A stretch of DNA of 63,604 bases, counting the filler, from Sluysia triapertura (lineage: Eukaryota): assembly GCA_046118255.1 (NCBI GenBank). It is 5 parts of 5 records of this genome, joined end to end, with 100 filler letters (N's around TTAATTAATTAA, not from the genome) between each part and the next. Parts side by side here need not be neighbours in the genome. Positions count along the whole stretch, not along the records: positions 1 to 11,385 come from JBJNIA010185280.1; positions 11,486 to 22,835 come from JBJNIA010185668.1; 3 more parts are not named here. One strand, 5' to 3'. The notes under the pieces were generated by a model. It was not told the origin of the DNA and did not search any database. It saw nothing but the letters and a program-made list of their open reading frames with translations. Shown here one piece after another: positions 1 through 13,522 of the stretch (positions are counted from its first letter, which is position 1; each line of letters begins with the position of its first letter). The position numbers were made by a program, and so were the translations under genes.

Positions 1-1237
1 GTATCTATTGTAAAAGTAATGATAAAAACCTATTATTATCATCATTATAGCAAATAGTTAATAAAAGTATCTATTGTGGTGGTAAAAAGTAATGCCAAAA
101 GCCTATTGTCATTATCGTCATTATTAATATTACTAAAGCTTATTATTTTATGAGAGAAATAATAATCAATGTATATTATAGAGAATAATAATAAACATAT
201 AACAAATAAATTAGAAAAAGGAATAAATAATATAAAGATAATTATTGTTACGAAAGACAATAACTATTACTTTAAAAAGCGTATATAAAGAAACAACCAA
301 AAAGTATTTGGTTCCATTTGCAATTATTATTCGAAGAATATTTGTTGAAGAAGAAACTATTCATGGAAGATATCCAGCTGCTGTTCGAGTTAAAGGTATT
401 TGTTATATCCAAGTCAAGATATTTGAATAATTGACATTTTACAATTTAAAAAACAATTTATAATTTTACTATTTAACTGAAAATTTCAACAGAATAACAT
501 TTAAAAGTAAAGTGTTAAATTTAAATTTAATTTTATAATTTACATATATAATTTACATATTTTGATTATCGTAAACGAAATTTTTAAATATTAATTTAAA
601 CGTAATATTAATTCAACATAATAATAAAATTTGCTAACTTAGTGGTTTTTAGTTGTTAAAAGAAGTAGATTTTAAAGTTACCCTCATTCAAACTAATTTA
701 AAAAAATTTTGGTCTGTCTATACATACGTCTTCTATTAGATAAAAAGCCTTTAGTATAGACGAACCATTTATAATGTTTTGCTTACCAAATTAAATTAAG
801 AAGAAACATAGCATAAGGAAATATTATTGAAAGTTTTATAGATAAATTTCGATAATAATTGCTTATGCTAAACAATTCATCACAATTTTAGCACTAAGAA
901 GTCGAATCAACACGAGAACTTATTCTTATCTATTATTTTAAAGAGATAAATGCTTCTAGATTAGAGAATAATTAATTAAAATATTTATGCTTTTAATTTT
1001 TATTGCAAATTTATGATAGGAATTAGATGAATCAATTTTAATTTCTATTACAATTTATGAATCAATATGAAATAATATTTACGTTTATTATGGGTTTTTT
1101 TGTTGTTTTTGTTTGGTATCAGTATGATTATAGTTCTCTTTTTGTAAAACTTGATTAGATTATTAATAATAATAATGATTATAATTATAATTATTATCAA
1201 TTTTTCTTTATTTTTATTTTGTTTATTTGTTATTAAG

Positions 1238-4200
1238 CAAGGAAATACTGCTCTTCATTTAGTGACCTTGGCTAATTCTGCTGAAATGGTGAAATTTCTA
1301 TTGAAACATAATGCGTGTTGCAATATTAAAAATAATGTTCGTTAATTTTGATGTTAATTTAAACAAACTAAATTTTTATATAATAATTTGAAACATTTGT
1401 ATTGTTAGAAAGAATGTTCTCTTGGAAGAATAAATAATATTCATTGATCAAATTTATTCGAATTGAAAATTTGTAATTCATAAATCAAAGGAATATGTTA
1501 AAAAGTGAATATAAAGAAGTAATGTAAATGATTTATTTATTCTTAACTGTGAGTTCCCTACAATCTTAGACTTAAGGGCTAAGTTGCGGACAGTATCTTA
1601 GAAGAAATTATGGAGGTACTCAATTAGATTTTTCTCAGTGATATTTTAAATGACGTTGCTTATACTTAATTTATTAGGTGCAGAAATTATTTATATTTTT
1701 GTCAGTTCATTAAAAAATTTAACAGATCTTTATTGTCTGTTATTTAGGTAAATGTTAGTCAAAAAATATCTAAAACTTCAAAAATATTTTGCCTGGATTT
1801 TACAACCGTGTAAAAACGGCGTACCTTAGTTTCTTTTATCAAACTGTTTTGAGATTTTATCGTGAAAATTACTACCGATTAAAATCAGGGACCTTAGGAT
1901 TATTTAATGAAATTTGAATTAAGATAAAAAATGTTTTTTAAATAAAACGTATGGGAATTAGTATACAAAATATGAACAAATATATATGTATATAATTTAG
2001 CTATTATCACCTTCTTAAAAAAGGGGTTTTAAAGAAAATGATTAAGTAACTGATTTTGCAATCAATTAAAATAGAACAAACTTACAAAAATAACTAACAG
2101 ATTAATATATAACAAATTCACAGATAGATCCTTGCAGTAAAAATCTCCTTGTAGAAGAATTATTTTGAATTACTCAAAGGTAGTTATTCCAAAAAAATTT
2201 TTGTTCCAGAAACCTCACGTAAAAGAACTCCAATGGAAAGCAGACTTTGTAAAAAAATTGTGAGACTTTTAAAATTATTTTATACTGAACTTTTTGTGTG
2301 ACTTGTAAAATTTTTATACATAAAGAATGGTCACATTGACCTAGATAATATTTTATTTAATTTAAAGAAATATAATAACGATTTTAAATAATAAATAACA
2401 ATAATAATAATACCAAATTAAAATTCTAATTTTATAATTATTTTTTTACAATTATTATCTAATTTATTTTTAGAATTAATATATTTATTTTTAGTATACA
2501 ACATAATTATTTTCAACCTTAAAATCAATAATTGAATATTAGAATTTAAATTACAATTACTTTTAGAATACAACGAAGATTATTGATTATTTATTTTTAG
2601 AGCACACACAGTTAACAATTAGATTTTTATAAATAAACTTATTGATTGACATAACAAGTAAAGCAATTATTTATTTTTGTAAGTAGCAACTAGATCACAA
2701 CTAGGATTTTCTTTGACAATTATCTTGGATGAAAAATCAATTTTTTGTGTGTACTTCACATGAACGTAAAATAATATATTTTAATTAAAATTTTATTAAA
2801 CTTGATATTTTCCCGAGTTTTGTTTATTATTGTTATTATTATTATTATTGTAATTTTTGATTGAGGCTCACGTTGTATTTAGTGAAATATTATTGACATG
2901 GTAATGACATTCTGTTGGACATAGCTGAACTAAATGAATATTAAGCTTTTACTAACAAAATTTATCAATTTACGAAAAGTCTATATTTAAAATGTTTAAA
3001 TAAAATATAATTTGTTTGTTTAGCACATCAATAAACATATAAACATTTAGAGTTATTATAATTGTTTATTTATTAAAATATATAAGATTTTCATTATCAG
3101 AGTCACTACATTATACAATAAAAAAATGACAAATAATTTCGAACAATATTTTTTTAATAAAAATAAATAATAAATAATATATTATTTTAATTTACATTTT
3201 GAATTACATAATTATTTAAAATTTAAGAATATATTTTTCGAAATTATAATTATTTTAATATATTTATTTATTATTGTATTCAAAATTCATTATTTATTTC
3301 TTTAAAACAGTTCGAACTTTATGTGAAAATTATTAATAATTAAGTAAAATGTTAAGTTTATTAGAATATCTAATTTTTTAAATTATTTATTAGTTTTAAG
3401 GTTTTTATGTATAAAATTTTAATGTTTCTTACCTAGAAGAATTATCCAAAACTGAATTTTAAAGAATTATAGAATTTCTTTTTTGAGAGATGGTTAGGGA
3501 CCGTATAACAGAAAAAGCGCACAAAAAAAAACAAATTTGTCGTAACATCATAGTGCCTTTTTCTATGTCAAACTCGCATTAAACGAATTTAAACTTACAA
3601 CGTATATTACTATGCAACAACGTTATGGTAGATTTTACCCTCCTAGATCTTCTTTTGCAAGTTCCATCTAATAGTACATTATCGACAGCTCGAATATTAT
3701 AAATTATTTTCTTACTATTTCCTATGCTTAAATTATCACCCTTATTTAAACTTATATTTTGGTTGGTTTGGATTATGTTTATATTATGTTTAATAGTATT
3801 AAATTTGTTTTCGTTTACTCAAGTAGATTTCAATTGTCTTTCATTATCAATTTTAAATTTATTGTTGTGGCATTTCAGGTAGCACGAACGAACGTTAATA
3901 TATTTAAGCACACATAATAGTACATGTCCTAAAGTCACATTTATAACGCACAAAATTAGCAATTGTAGAAGTCTTATTATATGTTTAATAACACTCAGTG
4001 TTTTAAAACTTTCAAAACGTATTGGCGAGCATAATTTTATCAGTGTGGCAGATTTAACAATCCTACCAGTGGATCAGATGTTATAGATCCACTCTTCTCC
4101 ACTTAGATTCAACTATTTTTTGAAATTTTTCACTATCCTTTTAAGGTGTAATTGATTATGCTTTTTATGATTCATAAAAATAAAATCGTTAGTTTCTTCA

Positions 4201-7200
4201 CCACAATTTCCACATTTCAATTTCAGATACCACCATAAATCATCTAATTCTACTTCTAATGATCCGACAATCTTCACTTCAACAAAAACATTTTAATTAA
4301 TCGATAACTTGTGGAAATCCATTTAGAAATTGAAACTTTGTTTAAGATTCTTTATTTTCTTAAGAAAAAACAACTATTGCACATAATTTTGCAAGGTTGT
4401 TCAATAATAAAGATATCTTAATTTGATATTTCAATATTGTTCATTTTAAAATGACCTTACATATTTCAAAACATTCTTAATATTCAAACAAAAATCATTT
4501 CTTTGGCATTTTATTAATATATATATCTCAATAAATTAGAACCAGAAATGAAACGTCAAAAATAATGTGTTCTTTGATTAAACCCTATTTCTTCATTTTT
4601 TCTTCTTATTTTTGAGTTTCTTGTAAATCTTTAACTGTTTCTACTTCTTTTATTTTTCATGTTCTTTAAAAACTTTAAAATATATTCATACAAGTTATTA
4701 ATAAAAGTTTCATCCTCATCTTCTTTTTTCCTTCGTCGAAATCATTGTTGTCCAAACTTGTTATATGAAATTCTTGCAGTATTCTTCCTCTGTTAGTTTC
4801 ATTGGTTTCTCTTATACTTATCTAACATTGGTTGACTATTTGTTTTTATTGCAGTTGTAACTTATTTTCCCTTATTATTTTTATTACTATTTTTGTAACA
4901 TCTAGTAATAGCGGTAACTATCTTTGCATCTTAGTAAATTCTTGACTAAATCAATCAGATTTTACAATTTGTCATATGACTTTTACATCAGTGTTTGTTT
5001 GTGTCTTAAAATTTTTCTTATAATTATAATTATAATTCCGGTAGCTTTTGTCAAAACTGAAATAACTTGACGATCTCATAAAAGCATGCCGTTTCATGTA
5101 GAGATCGGTCCTACTATTTTCAAAATAGCAATACTTTTACGTGATTTCAATTTTTGAAGATTTACTATAAAAGAAACCTACATTAGTTGTTTTTCAATAA
5201 TTTTTCATCGACTACTTCCTTTTAAAGAAATATTTTATCCGTCTAGCATCTTTCATCTTACTAAGTACATTTTACTTAATATGTACATTTAATTAAAGCA
5301 CAGTTCATAATTAATGTATATTTTTACACATGTCTTACTAATTAAAGTTCATTTTACTTAATTAATTAAAAGTACATTTAATTAAAAGTACATTTGAGAA
5401 TTAACACATGTTTTTGTCTTAGTAATTAAACATTTATATCTTGGAATATCTATCTAATACAGGTAAATATGTATCATTATTTAGCGAGATCAAACTCCTT
5501 TGCATACTGGAGTAGAACAAAATAAATGCGATTCAGTTGAAGTTCTATTGTTAAATATTGAAAATATATCGGAATTCTATGAAACTGATAAAGTAAGAAT
5601 TAAATTTAATTTATTTACTGATAAATATCAATAGATAATTGTTATTTAAAAATGTTTATTCAGACTGGTAAAACTCCTTTATTAATGGCTGCTCGAAGTA
5701 GTTATATTGCAATGGTAGATATGATTATCAAGGCGGATCGATTTATTAGAAAAAAAGTTTGTTAAATTAATAATATAATTTTAAAATTAACTATTTGTAC
5801 TCATTTTCGTTTTATCTCCACTTCAGTTATTAATATTGTGAAAAGAAAGCTTGTAAGTTCACAAATATGGCTAGCCGTTGGATTTTAAAAGAAATTATTG
5901 GAGGTTTTTATCAAATGCCTTATTAATAACTTATAGTAGTACTTCTTGTGTAAGCAATTATTTAAGCTAAGAATATCACGAATTTTTAAATTTAATTGTT
6001 CAATTTATTATCAGATCCTTTCTTAAATAGGACCTTTAGAAATTAATACTTTACGATATCCGGTTAAATTTCGGATTTTAAAAGAGAAAACTTAGTCAGG
6101 TAGTGTAATTTATAAAATTTAAATGATGATTCTTAAATAGGATCGTTAAATTTATGTGTTAGAGAATCGTACAAAATCGGTTTCTTGTAACATATTTTAG
6201 ATTTAAATTAATAATTCTAAGGAATAGATAATGTTTATTACAAAAATATATAATCAAGGTTAAACTCTTTTCTTTTGTAATTTACTTAGGTTAACTTTAA
6301 TAACGTTAAACCGAAAAATAAAATTTTTATTTAATAATTTTACAAAGATCTTTTTAAATGCTTCTGAATTTGGAGTAATGGTATGCAAATTAAGATTATT
6401 ATATTTAGTAGACAATTAAAAAGATAAAAATTTTTTAAATGCGCTGATAATTTGTAATTTACATATCTACTTAAATTATAATTATAAATATATGAATTAT
6501 GACTATAAATTATTAAATTGTCTTTGAAGAAATTTCTATGAATTTCTAAATTTGTATTTACTTTATTAGAAATTAGATAGCTAAAATAATATGAAGAGCA
6601 TTTATTAAAATAATATTTCAAATGTATTATAATAAAACATTTAAATGTTATAAGTCCATTACACACCAAATATTTGAACTTTAAAAAAGGCAATATAAAA
6701 ATATATATAGACTAACTAGAAATAAAAAAAACATTAAGATATCGTACTTTAAATAATACACTAAATGGAACTTCACCTTTGACGTCGGAAATCAATTTTC
6801 GAAACGTTGCTGTGAATAATGTAACATCCTGTGCTCACAGAATCTTTAGATGACCACTGACATCGTTTATATGATCTTGATCTTTATAGGTGACTTTTGC
6901 AATTGTAGTCGAGACACATTGGACGACATTGATAAATTTTGTTAATGAGTTTTTTTTGGTATCTTAACGCCATGATTTAAAGATTTTTGAGAAAATGGTG
7001 ATAACATTGTATTATCGATTGCAACAATAAAATTCTTAATATACTTCTAGTTAGATTTAGTAATTGTTTCAATATCAACAATTTTTGTCATTGGATTAAA
7101 TGTAGTTTTAGTAAATGAGGTTAAACATTTCTTTAATAATCTCAACTCATGCACTTCAATAGTTTCGAATTTATTTCTAATTTTCATAGTTAATTTTATA

Positions 7201-10018
7201 AAATAAAATCTAAATACTCCGTAAACATTAGTTTTATGACTAAAATAAAAATAATTAATTATAGAAATTAATGTAGTTAATCTTGAAATAGGAGTAGTAC
7301 CAAATTGAACATTTTTGTTGCTAAATGGTGATATTCCATAAGTTCGATTGCTGATTCTTGTTTGAAAGTAAAAGACGATGAAGTAGAAGGCATTATTGGT
7401 CGTGCTATAATGTCGTAGTGGTCAAAATGATGGTTAGTACGTAAAAGATGTGACAAAAACTTTGAATTTATTTCAATCCATTTAAATATTCGGAATTGAT
7501 TTAATTAGTAAAATACTGCGTAGTAAAACTGTGCTTGAATCATCGATTTCAATATGGATCCACTGACATAGAATTGGTAGTATATTAAATATATATAAAT
7601 ATTGACAATTATTAGCAACATTACAAGTAATAACGAAATGGTTGATCATAACTTTCATCTTTGAATTTTCAAACATATGATGAATTTTATTTTTCTAAAG
7701 AACATGATTTTTATATTTATGCTGACAATACAATGAAAAATTGTTTTGTGAAAATATTTGCCCAATTGCGTTGTTGCTACCTATTTTTTAAACAATTTTT
7801 AATAGTTAAAAAGCTGTCAATTAATGACAAAATAAACGGCCAGGTAACTATTTTTATGTCAGTTTTATGTCACAATTGACATAAAATATTAAAAATGTTA
7901 AAATAATAATAATGATAATACTAATTAGTAATAATAATATTAATAAAAATAATATAAAATAAAATAAATTAAAAATAAATATAAAAAACACGAATAATTT
8001 CTTCTTTCTCTTTTATTTTCAGCTTCCATTATGTTAGTTCTTCTTCAATATCATGAATAATATCATTCCTCAAATTGAATTGATTGTTTTAATTATTGCT
8101 TATTACTTATTACTTATATATATTTATTTATTACCTATATGATAAGCTTCTAATTCTTTTTCAATGCTTACTAAATTTTTCATATATTCTTCATGTGTCA
8201 AATCATTATACTTCAAAGATTTTTTCAACAGTTTTTTGATTATCAATTTCAATTTTGTTTATAATATTATGATTATTTTCACCATAAAACGTGATATTCT
8301 GGTAACATTTTATTTTTAAAAAATCATCAGTATAATGCGAAGTGGATCATTTTAATGATTCTATTACAATGCATTGATCAGATTTACTATTAGATAAATC
8401 GATATTTTGTATTTTTGAATCAATGAATAACTTGTCTTTATTGTTTATAGGATTCGTGTTTAAAATCTAAAAATATTTTTAATGGAAACTAATTGTGTAG
8501 CATCTATTAAATCTTGTACTGTATAGGAAAAAATTTTATTGAACAACGTTAAAATGGCGATCTGATACTTTAATATATGAGCTTATTTGGCAGTCGCCAA
8601 TATTTGAATAGTAGACACGTGGCTAGTAAATGAATTAGATATGGGAGACCATCTTCTCATTCGTTGTTAGGGAAAGAAGAGGAGGAAGGGTATATATAAA
8701 AATGACAAGTTATGAAACAATGTCGTAAGAGAGTATTAGCAAAGTTAAATGTGTTAACAGAAATTCCATTTAGTTTATTGTTACTTTTAAATTTAAAATA
8801 CAAATTTAATGATTTTTTATGTAATGAATGCTTTGATTGTTGTAAAAATATGATTTTTTGCGTTGCGTGAAGATATTGGCCTCCACACTGAAATTGTTTA
8901 GGAATAGGTTAAGTATGATTTTATTATGTACTTAAAGCGTACGTAAACTTAAATAAAATAGATTAACGATAATTACAATAAAAGATATGATACAAATCTT
9001 CTGTCCAGGGACGGAGTTTTCTGGCCAAGAAATTTGTTTTATTAAGACTTAAAGAATTATAGTGTAATTTTAGAATTTTAGATAGTGTATTTATATTAAT
9101 TTTAGTTTAACCTTGATGAATTCATTAAAACAAATAATTTAACTTAATAAATTCAAATAATTCAACAAATAATGAAATAAAATTAACAAATAATTAAGTA
9201 TTACTTACGTAAACTTATTATAAAATTATTACAAATAGTTTAATCTGTTTTTTAAAAATCAAAAGTAAAAATTGTTAGAATTAAAATTGTTAATGCACAA
9301 TACAAATTAGTAAATTACAATTCTAATCAATACATATTATATAATCAGAGTTTATACACAATATTTTCAAGTATTATATATGGATAAATTAGTTTAACTT
9401 TTATTGTATATATGTTGTTATTTTTTAAGATGTATAATTATTTTCTAGTACTTTCTTGATTTCGAATTACTGAAAAACACAGCTCAAATACGGGTAATAA
9501 TATTCAACGTAGGTTGACTCAATACCGAAATTTGTCTACAATATCTATATTTGTCTATATAATGCTGAAAATATGTTACGCCAGCATGTGTGTGACTCAT
9601 ATACAAACGTAAGAGAGAATTTATGTGTGTAGTTAAAATGTGACTTCTATGTAGATCTAATACATACTAGATCTAATACATAATACATAAAATATGTTAG
9701 AAAGAAAACTAACAATTTTTCGAAAAAAGTCATAGTTTATCAAATAAATTTACAAATTAAAAACTGCATTTTATTTGATTTGTGGTGATTCAGAATGGTT
9801 CATATTTTTGCTTACGTTTTCAAAACAAATTAATATTTCTTAATTTTTTACATTTATTTTAGAATATCATTTGTTATGGTGAAGCTGAAGAAGACAGACA
9901 TCGATCTAATCGCGAAACATTTCGACCGTTAGATTATCGAAATGCATATAATATTCATAAAGAAGAATCCAAAATGTTTTTACAGAATGAAAATTACACT
10001 TTAAAGGAATTTAATCAG
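1238..10018 (+). CDS. ANKDD1: Ankyrin repeat and death domain-containing protein 1 (ANKDD1-like), internal exons 1238-1336, 5485-5592, 5664-5756, 9863-10018; 5' part lies upstream of the window
   Basis: All four exons have AG/GT borders and phase 0. They encode QGNTALHLVTLANSAEMVKFLLKHNACCNIKNN, RDQTPLHTGVEQNKCDSVEVLLLNIENISEFYETDK and TGKTPLLMAARSSYIAMVDMIIKADRFIRKK. The VDMIIKADRF motif after the last ankyrin repeat is what I recognise from ANKDD1A/B. The fourth exon (NIICYGEAEEDRHR...KEFNQ) rests only on splice sites and an open frame. Confidence 0.8.
4050..4322 (-). pseudogene. CZIB: Degraded CZIB/C1orf123 (UPF0587) copy, antisense within an ANKDD1 intron
   Basis: The minus strand gives DDLWWYLKLKCGNCGEETNDF (family motif WYLKxKCGNCGE). 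After an apparent deletion and frameshift it gives SITP*KDSEKFQKIVESKWRRVDL* and ITSDPLVG, matching the family segment STIKPY..EDNENFKTIVEFECRGLEPVDFQPQAG. Stops and frameshifts are present. Confidence 0.7.
5263..5435. repeat. Degenerate minisatellite with AAGTACATTT(TACTT/AATTA) units
   Basis: Repeated aagtacattt / atgtacattt / aagttcattt motifs interspersed with taattaa and acacatgt. Confidence 0.55.
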
Positions 10019-10669
10019 GTAGTTATACTGAATTTACAAATAAAATACCGAATTTTTCTGAAAAAACTTAGCGGACAACGTATTTTCATATTTTTCGCAC
10101 TCTGTCACTGAAGTGGGTCATGTAAAACTACATATTTAGCATATTTATTCTAGAGAGTGGGTATTTATGGTGTTAGTGCTACTAGAAACGCTTTCCATTG
10201 TTTCTTCACAGAGGTTATGCATATCGAGTTTGCTTATTTTACTTATTGATCAAACTCTTGCGATATTCACCAAAAAAACGCCCGCTGCATCCGTAAATTT
10301 CGAAACCAAGATAAAATGTAATATTAAATAGAATCAAATTGTTTATTTGTTTTTTTAATTATTTTATGTATTATTTTGACGTACATTAATCTGATTCTTA
10401 AGTGTTTGCATTTCCTGAATACAAAAATCAAAACAAATTCATGTGCATGTAAAATTCGAATATGTCTATCTATTTAAAAGTCAAATCTAAAATTTCCTTT
10501 ATATCTATTTTTTTCTTCGGACAAAACTTTTTTGATGTGAAAGTGTTTTATTTAAAGAACTACTTACAAAATAAATACTAATTTAGGGTTTGTTTATAAT
10601 GCACGATTTATACCCTTATGAGAGACGTACCTCTAGGATTACGTCTGTTATCTTACATTGTACTAGCAA

Positions 10670-10745
10670 ATATTCTTATATTAAATTTCGACACAAAACT
10701 AGTTATTCGATTGTGGAAAAACAATCTATAACTCTCTTCAGATGA
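10670..10745 (+). mobile_element. Possible LTR-retrotransposon RNase H relic
   Basis: SYIKFRHKTSYSIVEKQSITL resembles the Gypsy RNase H motif NYSxxEKExLA. The match is short and degraded. Confidence 0.3.
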
Positions 10746-11086
10746 ACTTTACACGTTAATTCTTTAGATTTTGATAGATTATACGATAAATTACATAAAC
10801 TTTTATTATAGAAATGTACGATTCTCACGATTGATTTTAATGATACTATTAAATTCTCTTCTTTCTGTAAATATCGTTATAAGTACAACACTTTTCTTTA
10901 ACCCTTTTTCAATATCAAAATATATAATTGATGCGTTTTTAATCTGTCTCAGTATAAAATATGTGTACAAAACTAAAAGAAAAGAAAGCTTCGTAATATT
11001 ATACAATAAAATTCAAACTTTAATACTGAAGGTGTTTATGAAAAATTAACGATTCTTCCACCAAAAAAATAATTTAGTATTATGTT

Positions 11087-11138
11087 GAGTCCACCTGCGA
11101 TCCTAGTCTTACATAGTTAAGGGCTAGTCCGTAGGATT
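11087..11138 (+). repeat. Dispersed repeat core, copy 1 (possibly a solo-LTR family)
   Basis: GAGTCCACCTGCGATCCTAGTCTTACATAGTTAAGGGCTAGTCCGTAGGATT aligns with GAGTTCACTTGCGATAATAGTCTTACGTATTTCGGCTAGTCCGTAGGATT at 17430-17479. Weaker relatives lie near 1550, 14890 and 22990. Confidence 0.6.
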
Positions 11139-11363
11139 ATAGAGGTCGATATTAATTGTTTGGATTTGTTCTTATAAAACGTATTTATATCTTATTCTAA
11201 ATGAAAAATGTATCGCTAGGGGCTTAACTATCTCACTTTAATGTAATATGGGTTTACGTTTAATCCTAATTAGCATAGGTTATATTAATCAATTAATAGA
11301 TTTGTTGAGGTAAAAGGCCTAAAAAGTGCCAAGTAGTATAATTGAATATATTGAAAATGAAAT

Positions 11364-11385
11364 TGTTAGACGGGGTTGATAGCTC
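11364..11385 (+). mobile_element. 5' end of the tRNA-bearing TG...CA mini-element (runs into an assembly gap)
   Basis: TGTTAGAC-G-GGGTTGA-TA-GCTC matches 38839-38860 at 20 of 22 positions and abuts the N gap. Confidence 0.7.
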
Positions 11386-11485
11386 NNNNNNNNNNNNNNN
11401 NNNNNNNNNNNNNNNNNNNNNNNNNNNNNTTAATTAATTAANNNNNNNNNNNNNNNNNNNNNNNNNNNNNNNNNNNNNNNNNNNN
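11386..11485. other. Assembly gap with TTAATTAATTAA linker
   Basis: N run with a central 12-nt all-frame-stop linker. Confidence 0.97.
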
Positions 11486-11820
11486 AATAATTTCTAGCGA
11501 ATCCTCTTGTAGGTCTTCTTATATTTTGATAATCTTGGTCTGAATTTTGGTAATCTCTTCTTGCGTTTTGATAGTCCGAAAATAGACTCAAAACTCTTTC
11601 CTAAATGATCAACACATTTCTTACGGTTTTCCTAATCCGTTACGTTTTCTAATATAGTTAAGTAATTTCGTAGAATGCAAATCTCTTCTGCTACATCTTC
11701 AGAATTAATAACGGCACCTATACTATTACAACTATTAGATTCACGTAAATATTTCTCAACTTGATTTCATTTGTCTTTTTGCAGTTGATGTGTAATTAAG
11801 TTACTCTTATTATCTTGTGT
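11486..11820 (-). pseudogene. Decayed ORF of unknown identity, probably TE-derived (gag-like?)
   Basis: About 110 codons in one frame with two stops (QDNKSNLITHQLQKDK*NQVEKYLRES...ENVTD*ENRKKCVDHLGKSLSLFSDYQNARRDYQNSDQDYQNIRR). No diagnostic motif. Confidence 0.3.
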
Positions 11821-13339
11821 TGAAAGTTCGATTTTTAACACTTTAACAAAATACATCCTACTTGGCACTTTCCATTTCTCTTAAGAAACGTGGTAAAACA
11901 GCAGTAAAAAGGATTAAGTCCATTCATTCTAAACTCTTTTGCAACTTATTTCTCCAACTCAAAACCAAATTTAATAAATGAAGTTTGGTGGTATATGATT
12001 ATTTGGTGAACCAGCAATCACAAAAATTAGTTTCTTTAGAACAGGTAACAACGTTTGATTGAGTATTAGTTTCAGTTAAATTATTTTCAATAATTTTTTC
12101 AATTTTACGAAACCAAGTAAACATTGATTTTTTAATTTTTATTTAAATTAATTTTTATTTATATTTTGCCTAGAAATGTAATAATCTACGTTCCAATTTT
12201 AAATAGAAATTGGATTAAAATATAATACATCTTTTTAAGAAATATATGATAAAAGAAGTATTTACAAAAATTACCCAAATATATAAGTTTATTAATCAAT
12301 TTATTGACTGATTGAAACATTTTCAAAGTCGATCTTATTCTGAATAAATTAAATATATGTACAAATAAAAATACAAAAATAATAATTTAATCTATAAATA
12401 ATAAAATCTATAATCTATAAATAAATCACTCATATACCAAGAAAAAATGTTATCTTCAAGGTCAATTAGCATGTTACATAGAAAGTTACATGGATCAGTC
12501 TCAATTCAACAAAAAACCATTTCTGTAATTGATATAACATAAACTACATTTATAATAAGTGTAAAGTAAATTTTTACAGAAACTTTATAATCTTAAAGAT
12601 ACGCTATTGTGATGACTTAGAACAAGTATGCTCTTCATAGATGAATCTAATCTTCTTGCTTCTGATATTGAAGATAAAGGCAGCAGGAGCATAAAGACTT
12701 AGTGTTAGTGTTTCACATCGATGTTGTAGTAAATATTCACATAACAAAGAGACGCTTATAAATAATTATTTTTGTATTATGAATTATTGATAAGAGTTTC
12801 TTGGAGTTGATGATGTGATAGCACAATAATTTCAGATTTTCTCATATTGCATAGTGCTTCCCGTGTGATTCATTACTGTCGTATTTTCCAGGTCCCATAG
12901 ATCGTTCCTGAATTTCTTTTTCCACATATAAATATTTACTGAGGAAATGATAAATAATTATATGGACTTATCTCTACATACTTACAAGAGTTAACTAAAA
13001 AATAGAGAAATCAGCAAGTGGAGCAGTAACAAACATAGAGGATGATGAAAAAAAGAGTAATAAAGACAATAACAGAAAATAGTACGGTAACAATAATTTT
13101 AATAAAACATTAAATGAGTGCAACAAATTTTGACTATAAACTGTACAATTTTACAGTCTTATAATATTATATAAAAATTGCGTTTGTGTTTTATGTATGT
13201 TGTTTGATGATTTGATATTTGCGTTGAAGTTTGTTTAAGATTTTATTTATAATAAATGTATTATATTGTGTTGACATTTGGCTATGATAGTGAGACTGAT
13301 TTTGGGTTCACCACAACAAGTAACGTTAACAAATAGAAT

Positions 13340-13522
13340 TCAACAACAAACTACTATAACAAAGTAGATTCGATTATTAATTAGGAAATAAGTTAAATCA
13401 TTAGTAACGTAGAGACTCAAAACCAAACCTACCTTTTGATTACATAGTTCCACACACCCACTATAGTTGGGATGCATTTCAAACGTAAGCATATACTGAT
13501 TCCACTTCATCCCATAAATCAT
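13340..13522 (-). mobile_element. Retroviral-type (Gypsy/Ginger) integrase core relic
   Basis: YGMKW...HPNYSGCVELCNQKVGLVLSLY resembles the rve motif HPQSNGxVERxNxxIxxxLxxY. Confidence 0.5.

Noticed and set aside
245-430. ORF with HGRYPAAVRVKG and a possible donor site
   Set aside because: No ankyrin or other recognisable motif, and the donor phase is incompatible with the phase-0 exon at 1238.
11430-11441. Palindromic TTAATTAATTAA recurring four times inside N runs
   Set aside because: Artificial scaffolding linker with stops in all six frames; not biological.
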